Assembly (NCBI GenBank): GCA_002633005.1
Contig: NMRA01000052.1
Location: 729,039 to 793,038, forward strand
Direction: 5' to 3'
DNA: 64,000 nt
From: Phoronis australis
Lineage: Eukaryota; Animalia; Phoronida
In this document: positions 1 to 15,100 of the stretch, piece after piece
Numbering within the stretch: position 1 is the stretch's first letter
Layout of the letters: the number at the start of each line of letters is the position of its first letter
Translations under genes and position numbers: made by a program
Notes under the pieces: generated by a model
The model's input: only the letters and a program-made list of their open reading frames with translations
Database searches by the model: none
Told to the model about the DNA's origin: nothing

Positions 1-92
1 AATCACGTGCTCTTATTGAAAATACACAACAACATCTCTCATACTTTCCCGAATGCTTGCTTTTTTTAGCGAGGTTCCAACGTTGTTGAACT
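1..92. mobile_element. Partial copy of the 6835-6961 MITE family (cut by window edge)
   Basis: Shares AAAATACAC..CTTGCTTTTT(TT)AGCGAGG..TGAAC with 6870-6961. Confidence 0.6.
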
Positions 93-197
93 CTACCCTG
101 ATATCCCATTTACTAAAGCATTCACTTCCATATAAAACTGATTCAAGTCACCATAATACTTGTATAGGTAAGGTTCCCAACTAGTCATATAAAATAC

Positions 198-3100
198 CTT
201 TTTGCTCTTTGCGCTGCCCTTCCTCCGTTTGCTAGGCGTCGGTCCCTCACTGACAATAGGAGGAGCACCTTGCAGCTGCTGCATCTGATGTTGCTGATTC
301 AGCTGTTGCAGCTGCTGTGATGCGATGTTGACACCGGACGAAAACTCCCCTCGAGGCCATCCTCCTGCTGGGGCCGGCCCAACCTTCTGGGCTTCTCCGC
401 CAGTCTGTGCAGCAGGCTGGCTCACTGTCTGTGGCGTACCCTGGCGCTGGCTCACCTCGGCAGGTATTGGTAAGCTCCATGCTTCCTCAATACTAGGAAG
501 AGTCCTTGGTCTGAAAACACAATGTTACAGCCTACAATTTGGATGACAGGACTTTCATATGATTCTTGTGGGAAAATTCAAAGCCTTGAACATTATGTCA
601 AACAGTAATAATGTGTTTTTGAAATCTTTATTTTGCTAACAATGTACCTTTCTTTTTTCTAAATTTTACTGAAGTCATAAGATTGGTAAAGTAAAAAATC
701 AAGATCTACAGGCTTTCTACTTTGATAAAATATATTTACCAATACGAACCCTATAGTTCTGTAGATAAAGTCCAACAGTACCTTAAAAGAGACATCTCAT
801 AGAAATCTACTCTGGGATTCACATCCCTCGTTTTGAAACATCCTTTTTAAAAGACCAACGTCCAACCCCTGTTGTTACTTACAACGCCTGAAGCTGCTGC
901 GGAGGGATGTTGTTGAGCTGCTGCTCCAGGAACTTGACACGGGCGTTCAGGTTAGTGTTCATACAGGCCTTGTTCTTGCTGGCGTTAACGTAGCAGGTCA
1001 GTGCGTCCTTCAGCTGGTTGCAGTTCTCGTAAAGAATGCCTAGATCGGTCCAGGCGGCCACGTGAGATCCGTCTAGCTGTACGGCGCAGATATACGCCTG
1101 CAGAGCGTCCATAGGCTGGTTCTGTTGCTGATACAGAACCCTGAAAGACAATGCAGATGACTAAAACTGTGAGTTTTATAAATAGGTCTGAAGCGAAGGG
1201 GTAACAACATTGACATGGCGCATGTTTAAAATGATATATTAACCACTGTTTGAGCCGATTAACAGATATGACAATATATAAGTGCTTTCTGACACTTGTC
1301 AGCTGCTGAAAGTTAGTTTGAAAACTTTTTATACCACTAAATTGGCAAATGTAACCATTGCTTTGCATGCGTTAATTGAAAATTGAACAACAGAAGAAGC
1401 AAAAATTGTGCAATAACAGGTGACAAAGCCATTTTTGTGAAACCCCCAATTGTTAATCAAGGGGAACATTTGATATTTTTGCTTAAATCAAGTTTCTGTT
1501 CTGAAAACAGGGAGTACCGACACAAACTTGAACTATAACCATTGGTTTTCTCGCATCATTTTCAAACCAAACAATTACTAATCAGGACTAAATTACCAAG
1601 AACAGCTTACCCTATGGAGCACCAGGTGTCAGCACTGGCTTCTGACTTGTCGATGGAGCGGCGATAAGAGACAAACGCATCGTGCACCTTACCCACTCCA
1701 GAGAAGCAACGTCCAAGCAGGTACCAGCTCTGCCCACTGGCCGGGTCAATCTCGATCGACTTCTGAAGTAGTTGGATTGCCTGGTTTTCGCGAGTCTGCT
1801 TCTTACCCAGCTCCTCAGCAATGTGATACATCCATCCTGGAACAGATTAAAATATTGAAGAAATCACTAGACAGCAACTTCTTATTGTTCTTTGCTTCTT
1901 ATTCAGCTTAATTTTCCTGCCGCTGTGCTTCAGGTTTTGTGAAAAAAATTTCAGACATTTCGCACAGATTTTCAACAATTTTTCACCACCACTTAGCTGA
2001 AACTGGACAACTTGTGTATTACCATACATGCCTGGGTTAATGCTCATGTCCAGATCACACTAACTCCCGATACTTCCTAACATTCAATCTTAACGCCCAT
2101 GCTAAACCACCCACTCCCACTTTATATGATCGTCAAAGGGCCAGTGTCTTCAAATGCCAGTCTCACAAACATTTTAGCTCCAAGAACGCATGTAACTTAC
2201 TACAGTTGGGTAACAGAACATTTGGGCGGGAAAATAAAACATTTTATTGAAGCAGACGTGAAATGATTTTTTTGGGTCACATGCATTACAGTGACCTTAC
2301 CAGTGTGCAAAAAATAGGGTAAGCATCTCTTTAAGTGAATCAAACTTTCTGGTAAATGCCGATCTCGACTTCTACCAAAAATTTTTATGAGCCACTACCC
2401 CGATTTTGCAATTTCCCACTCTTTAAGCCACACGACCATGAACCCAAAGGGGTAAAACTCTACCAATTTCAAACCAAATTAACTGCCAAAATGCCCTTTT
2501 GAATTTACAAGGGTTATTAACATTGCTGCGAATGTCTAGAACTTTATTACAAAGCATGTCTATAGAAAAGCGTTCAAGTTGGTGCAACACACCATTCATG
2601 GAAACAATGATAGAAGGGAATTTCACTTGTCGGCCATATTGTGTCCAAAATTGGTGAGATTCCACCACAGCATAACTACACCATGACACGGTAAAAGTAC
2701 CAACATTGACAGCTGTCTCTCCAATTTTAAAACATGATTTATACCAGAAAAAGTTGACATTTACATAAAATTTGACTTTAAGCACCTGCATATTAACAAG
2801 ACACCATGAAAATGCATTTTTGATGACAAAACATTCTCATTGACTTCAAAATTACAGACATAATCTCCATGTGCACTATTTTGTTGGACAATCTGCTGCC
2901 ACTTATATAATAGAAACTACTGAAACTGTATAAATCCAATCAGCTGCACTTGAACACTAAAAATACATACTGTACAGGCATAAAACAATAGCGTTTAACA
3001 ATTACATTAATGCTGAGAGTTCATAATCACCCCATTATTATTCCAAGTGTCAGTCCATGAGACTAATCTAGCATGCAAAACTATGAAATGGTAAGTTTAT

Positions 3101-6100
3101 CACATTTACAAGCACACAAGTCATACAGGGCTATTTGGGTAGAATATGCAGTGAGTGCCTTACCCTGGGAAACAGACCTAGTGACCTAGTTTATGCATGA
3201 TAGACTTGAGGTCGTGTTAAAATGACCAGGTCAGACAAAATCAATACAAGGATTAACACTCCATCTGGCTGTTATTACTGACACACTGCAAATGTGGTAA
3301 TACAAACATGTGATGAATCAGGGCAACTGTGTCTGATCGATTTTTGAACCCAGAGAGTGCTACGAAAGGGGTAACAAGATATGGAGAAGGGGGGGGGGGA
3401 ATAAGTGAGTGGCCACCGAGGTGCACAAACAGATTGTTGGACAATTTCGGTGTCAGATACCTAAAAAAGGAACAGTTTTACGCATGCCCATATCTTTTAT
3501 GGTGCTTTTCATCACGCAAAGTTTGTAAAGAACTTCAAACCTTAATGAAGGGTGCTGCAGAACAACTGAAGTACTCCAAGGTTTACTTGAAGCTTTTTCA
3601 TAGAACACCACTCCAGCGTGCCTTCACTGTGTTCAATGACGTAGTGCTCTTTGTTAAGAGCATAAGTTTATAACGTACCCCTCCACCGACCAACTACATT
3701 TCACATGTCTAAGAACATGTTAATGAAAGCGACAAAGGTGCACTGGAGTGTGGTGTTCAATAAAACAGAGTTCGTTAATTTTCTGTAAACATACTGCTTT
3801 CACTGTCCGTGGGTTTTCATGTCTTTCAAACAGTTCTTCTCACCACAAACACAGCAAGCACAATCTTCAAGCCAATAACCATTGCTACCAAGCAAGCGTA
3901 ACTGAACGCATGAACTCACACAAAGACTAGCAGAAGGAGGGATTTTATTCATCTTACGAAATTTTCGATATGTATTTCAAAAGCTATAGCTCAATTTTTA
4001 TTTTCCACGGGCCTCCTGGGAATTTAAGATATTTTGTCATTTTCCAGGTTCTTCTTGATGAGTAGGGGCGAGAACTTCAACAAGTGAGTGTGACACAACC
4101 AAATGCAATGCTAAGCAATCCCAATATTTCCACATACAAGGACATTGCTAACTGGAATATAAATTTAACGATGAATAACACTGTGTGTTTAACTATAAAC
4201 AGAAATTATTAATTGTTGCTTTATTAAATGGCAAATGCCTTTGATACCTCGATGCTGCCTCGAGTACTCAAAATGAAACATAAGAATGCAAACTATGCAA
4301 ATTCATCACGTGCTTATGTGTTTTCATTTGGTCATCAAATTTAAATATCGAATCAAAAAGTTGAATTGAAAATTCAATCAAATTGAGAGTAAAGTGTATC
4401 ATTACAGCCCTAGTGGAAACCATGACAACGTGCTGGCTACACTTACCTAGCTGCCTTAGAGTGTTGGCCTTGGTTGATGGTGGAATGCCTGGCAGGTCTA
4501 CCAGTAACTCGTAAGTCTCCTTGGCTTGTTTGTACTTGGACTGGACTTCGTGCAGATGGCCGACGTGGAACTGAACTGAAACGGAACGAGCAGAAACAAT
4601 GGAAGCATGGTGACAGTTGGGAAGTTCATTATTGCATCAACAAGACGATTTTTATTTATGACAGATAGGGTGAAACTTGCTCAGTTTTGAACGCTGAAGA
4701 TTATTTCTTATACTAGACGTAAATGGTTGGGCCACCAGTCGAGCAATTATTAGGAGCACTAGCCAGGTGTCAGCGAGAAAAACCACCAAACGCTACTACT
4801 AATCCGATAAAAAATCACCCAATCATGCTGGGTATCCGAACAGTACACAATAGACAGGATCAGCCAAGCATCAACTGATACGTGGCAGAGGCATTAGCTG
4901 ATTCCTGTCCAAACAGGGAAGACCCTAACAAAAACAGAACCCAAAACAACACAGTAAAGCAGCTACTGCTCTGTAAGCCCTTTGCTTTTTCTAGAACAAA
5001 TGCAATAAGTGGCACTCCTGCCAGAATAGGAGATTAAGTGGACATCATCAGCTCCTTCAAGGAACCTGTCACAGCTAAATAAACCTCCTGTGACAACAGA
5101 AACTCTATTCAAACTCTAGAGGGCGCTCTGTACGCTTGGAAAAATTACAGCAAAATAATGGCAATCAGTTGGCAGTACTATAATGCTAATGTTGAACAAG
5201 ATTTGACCGATTAACCAAGTCCCTGAGAACCAAGGGTTTGTAGTGGAACAGCAACGACATTACCAAAAATGGATACGAATGAAACAACAGAGGTACTAGA
5301 ATTCACAACAAGGACAAAAGAAAAAAATGAGTTCTACAACCAATGTGTGTCCCTCAACCACAACCAGAACAGACTAAAGCACCTAATTAACAAGTAGATG
5401 ACTCTCGCTAGATGGAACAAGTCAGTCAGTCTTTGGTATTGTATCTCAAAGGATAAGGATCCCAAGTTATCGTTTGTCACGACTGAACCCCCTCGGCACA
5501 CAGCTTCCTTTATAAACACTTTCTTTCCAAGCCATTAACCTGACCTGCACTATGCTCTGTCTATGCAAGTGCAAACCAACTCCAACGCAAGAAAACATGC
5601 CTCAATTCCTTGTTTTTGTTGCTGTAAACCAAGTCACATTCAGTAAATATCAACAAAAATCTAAGACTTATGTAAGCGCAACTGCAATGTTTTTCACACC
5701 AATACGGAAGCTGAGGACAGTACACAGACTCAGTTTCAAGGAATCACGTCCCTAGATTGCTTTCCAATCATCTCACCTAGCCAAAGTCATTAGTATTCAG
5801 TGCAAGAAGTTATACAAGAGGTAAAACGCCCAACACTGAACTCGGTACTTACGTAAACCGAGTCACAATTGCACATAAAAATGCGCAAATGTGAGGATGT
5901 TTTCACAACAAAACGTTGTTTAAGGACAGTAAATGATTTAAATTTCACCAGTGCACAGTTTGGATGAACTTTCACGCATGTCATCAAAGGGAAACCTTAA
6001 CAACAGCTCATGAATAATACTACCGCCGTTGTTTAGAGTCAATGATAATTTTGCACTATGCGCTCACCATAGAAGTAACTTAACGCATCTATTGAATGAA

Positions 6101-9100
6101 ATTAACTAAAAGAATAAAATAATCAAAATCATGCGAAAATACTCCAGATGAATTTTGAAGAATTTTAAATGTAAGCATACTTACTTTCGAATTTGGACAG
6201 GGTGGCTGGATTAGAATCACTCAGCGCTAGCTTAAAGTGCTGAAATGTGAAATGAAAACTAAATGGTTAAAACAGGGCATTAATTAAAAAATGCAAATTC
6301 TTAAATTAATTGAAATCTCAGCATAACATCTAAGAGCAGTCTTCACACAAAATTTTTATTATTACTTTTTCACTAGTGTTTAAATTATAACTAGGTGTTC
6401 TGCAGCGCAATATCTGCATACTCAAAAAAGAGAACAATTTTGAAATTTAGCTTATTTTTAATGCTTCAGTTACGAGACAAACGCTTTATGTTCCAAGTCG
6501 GTTGTCTGGGAATGACGTCACAAGGCACGAGTCGAAAGAGCTTATTCATAGAATTATTCTCAATACCTAGCTAGATAACTGTTGCTCTAGTCGAGAGAGG
6601 TTTGTCTTGGGCATATTCAGATGAAAATGGAATTTAAATGGAATATTGTGTAGCTTAAGACAGCTTTAAACCTGTGTTCCATCCTAGGTTGTTATATTGG
6701 CCTCAACTTGTTTCTTATTCAAACGAGAAGTGATTTCTGGATTTGCAGTGGATTGACAGTTCAATAATCCTGGAGACCATGCTCGGGAGAAAAATGAGAT
6801 GCTGTTACAAGCCAACTTGTAGATCCTGGTGAGCGTTCAGTAATGCTAGGACCTACGCTAGGACCTAGCTAAAGTCACATGTTCTCACTTAAAATACACA
6901 GCAATATCTCACGTAATCTTGCGAAGTCTTGCTTTTTAGCGAGGCCCTAGCATTACTGAACAGGAGGCGGGTCTCAAGCAAAGCAAATTGTCAATTTTTT
7001 CCAAGTCCCGAAATCACCTCCATTTTGACCAAGGAATAATTTGAGACCAATTCCACAATGGTAAGCTGTCTTAACCAAAAGTTTTTTATGCGATGGAAGG
7101 TGAGTATACAGCCATCTTAAGCAATATACCAGGTACCATGGTTTGTCAAGAAACCACATTGTCATCATTCGTTCATCTTGTGGCGCAGTAATAGCACATT
7201 GAAGAAAGATTCACTTACCCAAAACACAAGAGAACAGCAGATAACTGACATTTATTATAAGGTTATCTGAAAGTGGTTCCTACAAAAATTTGACCTAGAA
7301 GTCCAAGGACTTTTCAAAGACTTTTGAGGATGGTTCAAGGCTAATTCAATGAAAACTGAAGGCTATTTTAGTGCAAGCCTGTGTGTTAAAGGACTCCTGA
7401 CAATTGTTTGTGCCTCCCACCAGCCATGTGGGAATTCAAAGCCTAAATTTTCCCGTCAGCAAGATCTTCTACCTCTGTTGCACAAGACAAATTGTTTTAT
7501 TCCTGCTGTATTTGCATTTCCCAATACAAGTCTCGTATTTACGATCTTTCAACCATACCTTATTGAAATCGCATTTCTCCATTTTGAAACAGCATCGGTC
7601 AAGAAAATCATTGTTACTTCAATTGCATGCACTGATCCTTATCCGCAGTAATAACACTAGCACCCCTGTTGGACATGTGCTAAACTACAGATGAGTGACT
7701 TGATCAAGATGTTTTAATAAGTTTGATTTTTGCAGTATTAAAAATTCAAATAGTATACACCAACCTACAATCACGGTCTCCTATGTATATTCAAGATTAA
7801 AAGCAGAAATTCAAGGATTGTTCAAGGACCACGATTTAAATTCGATGGTTATTCAAGGCTAGGGCTCCTAATGTCTTTTCAAGGCTGCACAAACCATACA
7901 TTTCCTAGTATCGAAATGTGACGCTGCAGTTACTGCGGTTTGTGACTGTAACAATCAACGCCCACAAAATGTGAAAGCGTCGGCACATGGTCAACCAACG
8001 ACACAATTAGAACGTTGTATGACAGTTTCCAATAAAAATAATGATCACGTGCGCTTGCACAGCTAAGAAATTTTAACTTCAAAAAGATTTTTCTGTTAAG
8101 ACAATAAACGTCTTACTTACCTTCAAACTTGTTTCATAGTCTGAAATGTACTTGAACATCAAACCAAGGCGAATGTGAATCTCATTGGCTCGCGAGAAGC
8201 CTGGGTCCGTATACAACACTTGCTGGAAAGCTTTGATTGACCTGAGCAGAAAAAAAAATTCACGTGAATTTCACCGTCATGAACACAAAATTATAAAAGC
8301 AACAAATATTTTGTCTGTGCCCCATTCCAAACACAAATTCTAACATTTTGTGATCAATGCTTAGAACACGTGTAGGATATTTTTGCTTTCATTACATTTG
8401 AAACCTTAAATTCTGATCATGGTTTGTTTTGTAAAACAAAGTCTGAAAATAGAAACAAATACACAAACATCATTTAATTTGAGATTCTTCAAGATTCTGT
8501 GCCATCTGTTGCTAAAGCAATTTTTTCATCATAGAAAAGCAGGTTCATTGTCCGACTAGGCCATCAAAATTCATGAAACACAGTAACCATGAAAACAGCT
8601 GTCAATTACTGTCTGTGCCTTGATACACATGTGCACGCCCACTTTCACATATATAGCTCAAGGGCAGTTGTGCTGACCAGCCAGTGCTTTGCACCAGATA
8701 ATTAAATTTGTTACACAAAAAGAGAACACGAAAAACGATCCAATAGACACCAGCAATTACGTCCCACCAAACCTCCGAGTCTTACACGCTAAGTTCTGCA
8801 GTGAAAAATCTTTCTTGCAATTAAAAGATGAGTATTTGTCAGTGGTATTCATATAGAATAATTCATTTCAGCAACCAAGATCAGACTCCACAACAACAGC
8901 ACTGATGACTCAGTTCAGGGGCCTATTGGGTGGTGAATTTAAAATACCAAATTCTTCAAAAATAAGACGACTACAGTAAGTAGCCAAAGAGCGATTCTAT
9001 AGAAAATATGGCGTAGTCGTTAATTTATTCCGTACATCAGCATGTATGTACTTGTAACACCTTTTCATACGACTTAAAAGCTTTTAATTGCCAATTCCAT

Positions 9101-12100
9101 TTCTATCATTCATCTGTTTGACCACCTATACATGTGCCTTCCATCACAAAAAATTAACCAAAATAAACTAGACCACTTATCATTATGAAGCTAGTTTCAA
9201 ACTGTTCCTTTGTCGAACTGGAGGTTGATTTCAGGGAATCAAAAGTTAGTTATTGTTCTAGCTCAGGCTCTATAATCAGGCTTGTCAAAGTAGGACCCAG
9301 TGCTCCCTTTTGAATAGGGACCGTGATGTGCAATTACCTCCCCTTTACACTGACATCCTTACCAAGCGAATTGCGGGAAATACTTCAGTCATCGACAAAG
9401 GCCTGGCGGACCAGGCTGAAACGTCTGCCTCCAACAAAACCTAGTCTCTCAGGACGTGATTTTCGTATTTACAAGTCATCCAGAGACAAATGATCAACAC
9501 ATTTTCTACATTCATTAGATTTGGTTCCAAAGAATAACTACCACAAATCTGCCTAAGCTGGAAGGCAGTGACGGCCTTCCAATTTCCAAATAGTGTTCCT
9601 AATTCACCATAAAAACATTTACACATCATCTGTCTAATACAGCTTCTCAATTTCCAAAATCTAAAGGGTGGAAATGCAGTCGAACGTTCGAATGCGGTAT
9701 GCAACCATCCCATTGGGAGATTTGGTCAAAACATTTGAAATTTATTACACAGGGCCCTAGAAAAATGTCCCAAGTTTGGCTAAGATCAGAACATCTTATC
9801 CTAAAAATGGCTGATTGGATTCATTCAAACTTTCAGAGCCATAGTTAATGTACTGTTCTCCAAAGCGTTTTTAAGGAATTGTCTTTAAAATGTTCCACTT
9901 CTGCATGAGGGGCTAACAAATATTATGATTTTGTAATAGCATTTTTGAGATTTCATATGAAATTTGTTGATACCATCGTTTTATTATGAATGTAGTTTTT
10001 CTCTTTGCTAAATGTCACTAGAAACACATGGTCACGTGACCCTATGATACATGACTTGATATGGTCCTACATAACCTTCAGAGCTAATTTTCAGCATTTT
10101 GGTGAAATTTCGTTATTTTCTAATAATCTCAATTACAGCTGAAAATAATAACTAGGTCAACAAATTTTAAAGGCAGTAGGATACAAAGTGAAATCCTTTT
10201 AAAACAGTCCATAATAAGTTGTTTAAAAAATTACAAATGAATGTTTTTAATACATCTAATCTGATGTGTATAATATATGAATATGTCAATCTCAATATGG
10301 CGTGGGAAATATGTTACCTGCTGACGGGACTTAGAATGTTTACAATCTAACCATATGTTGGATATTCAACCCTCAAATCTAGCGACAGATCTGCCTTCTT
10401 ACCACAGATGGAGCAACTTGTGCCTGGGCTCGGAACACATGTGACTAGACAGAAATTACAATATTTCGCCCATGGCTGCTAGGTAAGACTGGCAGCAAAT
10501 TCTTTAACTGGTTACAAGACAGCTGGTAGGAAAGCTTTCTTCTCAACAACTGATATGCCATCTGTTTCAGACCTCCTATCTGCTGTCTGGATAAAAAATG
10601 TGACAGTGTTCCTTTTGTCAAGCGTGTAGGCAAACACTCACCACAAAAACTCAGTGAGTTGTGCCCACACAAAGGCCAAAACCAGCTCTCAGTTGTATGG
10701 ACAGTGTCAAAGCAGCAGACTGTGTGACATTTATAGTAACAAAGCCAGGAATGTCCTTAATTAAGTATCCTACATTCATAAATCATGTAACAATGTTCTG
10801 GCCATAGTACATGAATCAATCATTCTACTAAATTCTCTTCACTTAGGACTAGTGATATTCAAATCCACTGCAGCTAAAAAAATTCCTGCTAATTTTCATG
10901 CTGTTTATAATCCTATTGAATGTTGTTCCTTGCCCTTGAAAATAGCTAGAAAAAGAGCAACTGTACATCTCCGTTCACGGATATCTACTAGTCAATTAAC
11001 CAGATTTCTATACAAGATGCCGATGTGCCATTCCACTTTACTTTTGTTGGCATTAAACAGAGGTACAGTAATAGTTCCTTGTTTGCACTCCACCAGATAG
11101 CGCTAGTGTTTTATTTGCCAGAAACAGAAAGTGTGGTGAACAGATATACCACATACTGGGTACGCTACATCTAGGAACTGGTTCCAAGGCTACATGTAGG
11201 GAAATAGCACTGAAGAACACCAGATGAACTGCTGCCAGAATGCAGAGTTACCTGATGAATATAACCAGGATATGACCACAATGACTAAACAGGGGAGACA
11301 ATGGGCATTACATGGATCACAAGCTGTAACTATAGTTGTAATAATACTGGTAGTTATATTTTGAATGGCTGACCATGATAAGGTATTGATTGATGGTGGT
11401 ATAGACCTCAGGAGATAGTAAAAATGAGAGTAATATATTCGCAAGCCAATTCACAGCTTGATAGCTGTAAAATAGATGGAAATGCGAACTTTCTCACGAT
11501 CAATGAAATAGCTTAAATTTTATGCTTGAGAACGCACAAATCCCTAATGTCACTAGTAATACGTATTGAGTACGTAGTCATTGATTACAGGAGTTTCTAA
11601 ATGTAACCACACCAACTACGCCACCTATTGTTTGCAGCTGCAATTTCACAGTTTTAAAACTTCCAACCAGCCGACTTGGGCCTCAACCAGAGATGATTTA
11701 CAGAGCGTGCAGATTCTCTAGCCCATTAAGGTATCGAGCATGATCAAACACAAAAAGTCAATATTTTTGTATCTTGCCTGGTAAAATAGCAGGGGTATGT
11801 CTTAGTGGTCGAGCCGGGTGCCAAAATTTCACCAGTTCTATCGTCCAGCTGGCTACCTAGCTTCATAATTAGCAATAATAACTTGTTTTCTAAACATTCA
11901 CCAAATCATGATGACATCTACAAGTGAAGTAACAGGATTGTGCAATCGAGTATTTTCCCGGTAAATACGTTTAATAACTATTCTACAGATGGCGTATCGT
12001 GTGAATACCACAACTACATATGACCAACTTCCATTTTATGTTTCTGGGACTGAGGCAGGCATACACAGCAAGATTGGAGTTATTTTTTATTGCCGGGTAT

Positions 12101-15100
12101 TATGTTCTGCTTCCATTTGTCGGAAATGAGGTCAACATTGACCACATATCTGAACACTTCATTGATTTCATTAGAATTCTATAGGGGAAATGATGTTTTT
12201 TCTTGAAAGGGTGATTGTCTCGTGGCGACCATGATCGTAGCCAAACGCAGGTAACGCAGGCACTTTTTATGCATTTTGTACTGCGGTACTACCATTTTTG
12301 AAAATAATTTTGCAGTATTTGCAAGACCAGATTGGTAGGTCATGGATTCACTGATCTTTGTTTGAATTCTTCTGCACGAAAGTCAATTTTTTTATCACAC
12401 CCACTGCACGAACTCATGATTAAGGTGTACGTTTTGCTTTTGCAAATCCCCTTTTCTGTACGTTTATTGAAAACTGTATTGTTTTAAGTACTACCGTCGA
12501 TTGACATACATACTTAGATACAACGTCTGACTCCACCTGTTCATTATGTTGGGCGTTCATGTGACTGTCTTAATTATCCTTAAAAAAATATGGGCCCCAT
12601 ACCTTTAGTCTGGGCTATTAAGATTTGAAAGCTACTGGCCCAGCTGGCAACAAGCCAGTTTTAGTTAAGGTATATCCCTGCATTTATTGATACAGACATG
12701 CTACCTTGAATTACAGTTCATAGCCTGTGGATGTACCATTGTGACTACCAGTGTCAGTAACACTTGCAAAAGTTTAGAGCTGGGGTGAAAATGTGTCAAG
12801 CATGACTATAGCTGCACCTCTGAAAACCTTTATGAGAGGCAACAACCATCATTTGATCATTTGTTAACTCTAAACATGTTATGCTGAAGTCCAGAGTACG
12901 GTTAGGGGGGGGGGCTAAATATAGAATAGCATCCATATATTTCAGGCTCGAAGAAGCTAACTGACCCATAGCAGTACTTTTTGAATGAACCCTGGGTCTA
13001 AATCCAATGGCTGGACACTACAGGCAGAGTCATATCCTGTCATTCATTCTACATTGGTATAGGGCATTCACCGCCAGTAGATGTCAATAACTGGCAATAC
13101 CCGCCAATGCCAGATGTTGAGAACAAACTGACCAAACACACACCCAGCCAAGCACATCACAACAACGATAAGATCTTGTCTAAGCTCTGAGCCATGTCAA
13201 AAAAGCCTCAACCACAAAGCCTTGAAATGCATTGTCAAAAGTAACTAGCATAAAAATTCTCTGTTATAGCCCATGTTTACACAGGAAAACTTACACTAGC
13301 TCCCATTGATAGTTTTCTTTCCACTCTCTTAAATTGTGTTTAAAGGGCCTAACCACAGGATTAAGGGAAGAGGTCACATGATTTTTCATTGCCGCCACCT
13401 GATTTAGCTGTCTGGCAAGAGTATTTACGATCCCAGCGGCAGTATTGTTTCAATTCCACGACAATGTTGCTGCTTCAAAAAACTCATCTGCTTTACTGCC
13501 TGTGGCTCCAGAAAGAAATGCGTTTGAATCAACTTCCAAGACCCATGAATGCTTTGTGAATAATGTAAACATGAACCAAAAAGGTTCACAGCCACTTCGC
13601 AACACAGCTAGCACTCCATTGTTATATCATCCCCACAAGGAATGAAAACAGACATGTTGACCCCCTGGGACCAAAGGTAAGAAGTACAGTTATCACCTAA
13701 AGAAAACAGGGCAAAATACACCTGTTGTTTGAATGCCAAGATTAGGTAGGGCCACCTAGTACATACAGATATGGCTACCCTGTCCACAATTAAACTAAGT
13801 AAACACACCCACCAGAAAGTTGAACCCTATTTCGGGGAAATCAGCTTTAGTCAACTATTAAGTCCACACCAATGTAAAGTAAAAGAAGGCAGGAAAATAC
13901 GACGAAAGTATTGAAACTGCACATGTGTTGTTCAATGAATCTTAACTTGCATCTTACCTGCAATCAGGTAATACTGTCTCTGCAGTAGTGAATAACCCTA
14001 ATGAACTGTGGACACAATGTAGCGCTCTATTATAGCAGGTTCACCCGAGTTTCTATGACAGTACTTACTTTCGAAACCACTCTACAACAGCAGGGCTATG
14101 GCAGCAAATCTAAAAATCCTGAGTTGCAAGTCGGCTGAAATTGTTCTCATAGTAACAATCGCAATAACTTGCCCAAGGACACACAGTCAAGGAAAATGGA
14201 TGTGGCAAGGAAACGAAGGCTTTCGAAGAACCAAACCAAATATCCTGCCTACAGCTGAACACACGACAACATGGTTGCTCTCCTGCCAGTCCTGTCTCGT
14301 TTCCCAACTGCAGCACAACTAAGCTACAGTAGGTTACTGTGTAAATCATTGTTCCAATACAGCCTACCTCCATAATTCATTGAGGGCAGGTACAAAAGCA
14401 AGCCAGGTGGAGCCATTGATTAGGACCTGAGGATTGCAATCAATGAGTTTAAAAGTCCCACACTTAGCTTGCCTGTTTGAACAAGTGCTGGGCCTTTGTA
14501 ATGCTTTGTTCACCCTGATTCAATAAACCATTGAACAATGTAGAACATAGGGTTTTTGGTTCAGGATTATCCAGGTAGAATGGGAGAGAGGTGATTGTCT
14601 TGGGTGAATGGCTTTTCACAGAGTAGGCCTGATCACACCAAGACAGATATAAGTACAATTTTGTAATGAGGAAAAAAGGTGCAAACTGACCAAGCAATGG
14701 AAAGTCTAAGTAAGAACCCATTGACGGTGTGCCATAGTATTTGGGGCATGTTTTAAGCTAGTTTGTCGTCTCCGCCCTTCCAAAAGCCACTTCATCCAGA
14801 TGCCGTAAGACAGCATGGAAGACCTAATTATTAAATAACCACGTCAATTAATAGAGTCGAAAATAATGAAAATCCTTTTACAACATAAAGTGTCTTCATA
14901 AGTAAAGAACTGAAAGGTTTATAAAAAAAACTGAACAAAATGGTCAACCTCAAAGTTAATCAAAGTTTACAACACTTCTTACCTGCAAGGAAATAGTTCA
15001 ACGTCTCACAAAACTAAATTAGTCGAGTGCTGCATGCTGCGACTAAGATGAACATAAACTAGGAATAGCACGTCTAGACACTACCTTGACCTGGGCAAAT

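Noticed and set aside
4860-5550. Possible decayed LINE 3' end ([10 protein letters not shown] resembles NSFFP)
   Set aside because: A single short motif is not enough to call.
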